The position numbers and the translations under genes are program-made. 64,000 bases of DNA from Bacteroidales bacterium (GTDB taxonomy: Bacteria > Bacteroidota > Bacteroidia > Bacteroidales > ML635J-15): positions 78,386 through 142,385 of the forward strand of contig JAFZWY010000008.1 of assembly GCA_017617125.1 (NCBI GenBank). Reading direction: 5' to 3'. Shown piece by piece: positions 63,771 through 64,000 of this stretch (the first letter of the stretch is position 1; each line of letters starts with the position of its first letter). The notes below the pieces were generated by a model. The model saw nothing but the letters and a program-made list of their open reading frames with translations. It had not been told where the DNA came from and did not search any database.

Positions 63771-64000
63771 ATGAAAAAAACATTAGTACTTTTGGCAAGC
63801 ATAGCATTCGCATTGGTAATGCTCTATTCGTGCAACAACGGTGCAACATCCGAAAATTCAGAATCAACATCTCCTTTGGTAAAGGGACAGTGGACAAGTA
63901 ATTTCTTCGGTACAATCGTCACTTATCAGTTCAACGATGACAAAACAGGAAAATTTATCTCATCCGAAGAAGGTAAAAGCTATGATTTTACTTATGAGAC
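63771..64000 (+). CDS. Small lipoprotein, paralog of 61601-61969 (3' end beyond the window)
   Basis: It starts with ATG, reads MKKTLVLLASIAFALVMLYSCNNG..., and is open to the window edge. Confidence 0.6.
   Translation, partial: MKKTLVLLASIAFALVMLYSCNNGATSENSESTSPLVKGQWTSNFFGTIVTYQFNDDKTGKFISSEEGKSYDFTYE

Overview
The window is a 64-kb chromosomal segment with Bacteroidota (Bacteroidales-like) hallmarks. These include TAnnTTTG -7 promoter boxes just upstream of many starts, a protease with a T9SS C-terminal sorting domain, and a DUF4295 mini-gene after rpmB-rpmG. It also carries GWxTD, DUF1573 and DUF2851 proteins and many signal-peptide lipoproteins. Most of it is ordinary housekeeping: mnmA, trxB, nth, argS, hydE, folE, fabD, ligA, tRNA-Leu(CAG), hutU, rocD, rpmB/rpmG, ftsY, peptidases and glycosyltransferases.

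The accessory part is the left 8.6 kb, a single tightly coupled minus-strand type I R-M operon (hsdM ... hsdS ... hsdR). It carries four passenger genes: a DUF1016/YhcG-like nuclease, a Fic-wHTH protein, and two AT-rich multi-TM proteins (329 aa and 186 aa) with no motif I recognise. The 329-aa gene is bracketed by a 43-nt duplication of the hsdS 3' end, which leaves a 25-codon hsdS relic. I rate this membrane-protein cargo the best candidate for an undescribed defence or abortive-infection module, but that is inference only.

Other points worth a second look:
- a GWxTD protein operonic with a Hanks-type kinase that has lost its catalytic Asp residues (predicted pseudokinase)
- a methyltransferase gene flanked by perfect 17-nt direct repeats
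- a duplicated, mosaic lipoprotein cassette at the right edge, downstream of a TPR-AraC regulator
- several dispersed intergenic repeat families: a stop-codon-proximal AATGGGCTAAAAGGC hairpin element, GC-rich palindromes with adjacent GTAG/GTAC, a ~85-200 nt CGAAGT-rich repeat, and periodic A/T-rich tracts
- a RAYT-type HUH transposase gene

I found no CRISPR array, rRNA, prophage or integrase. All calls rest on reading the sequence and on remembered motifs; no database search was run.
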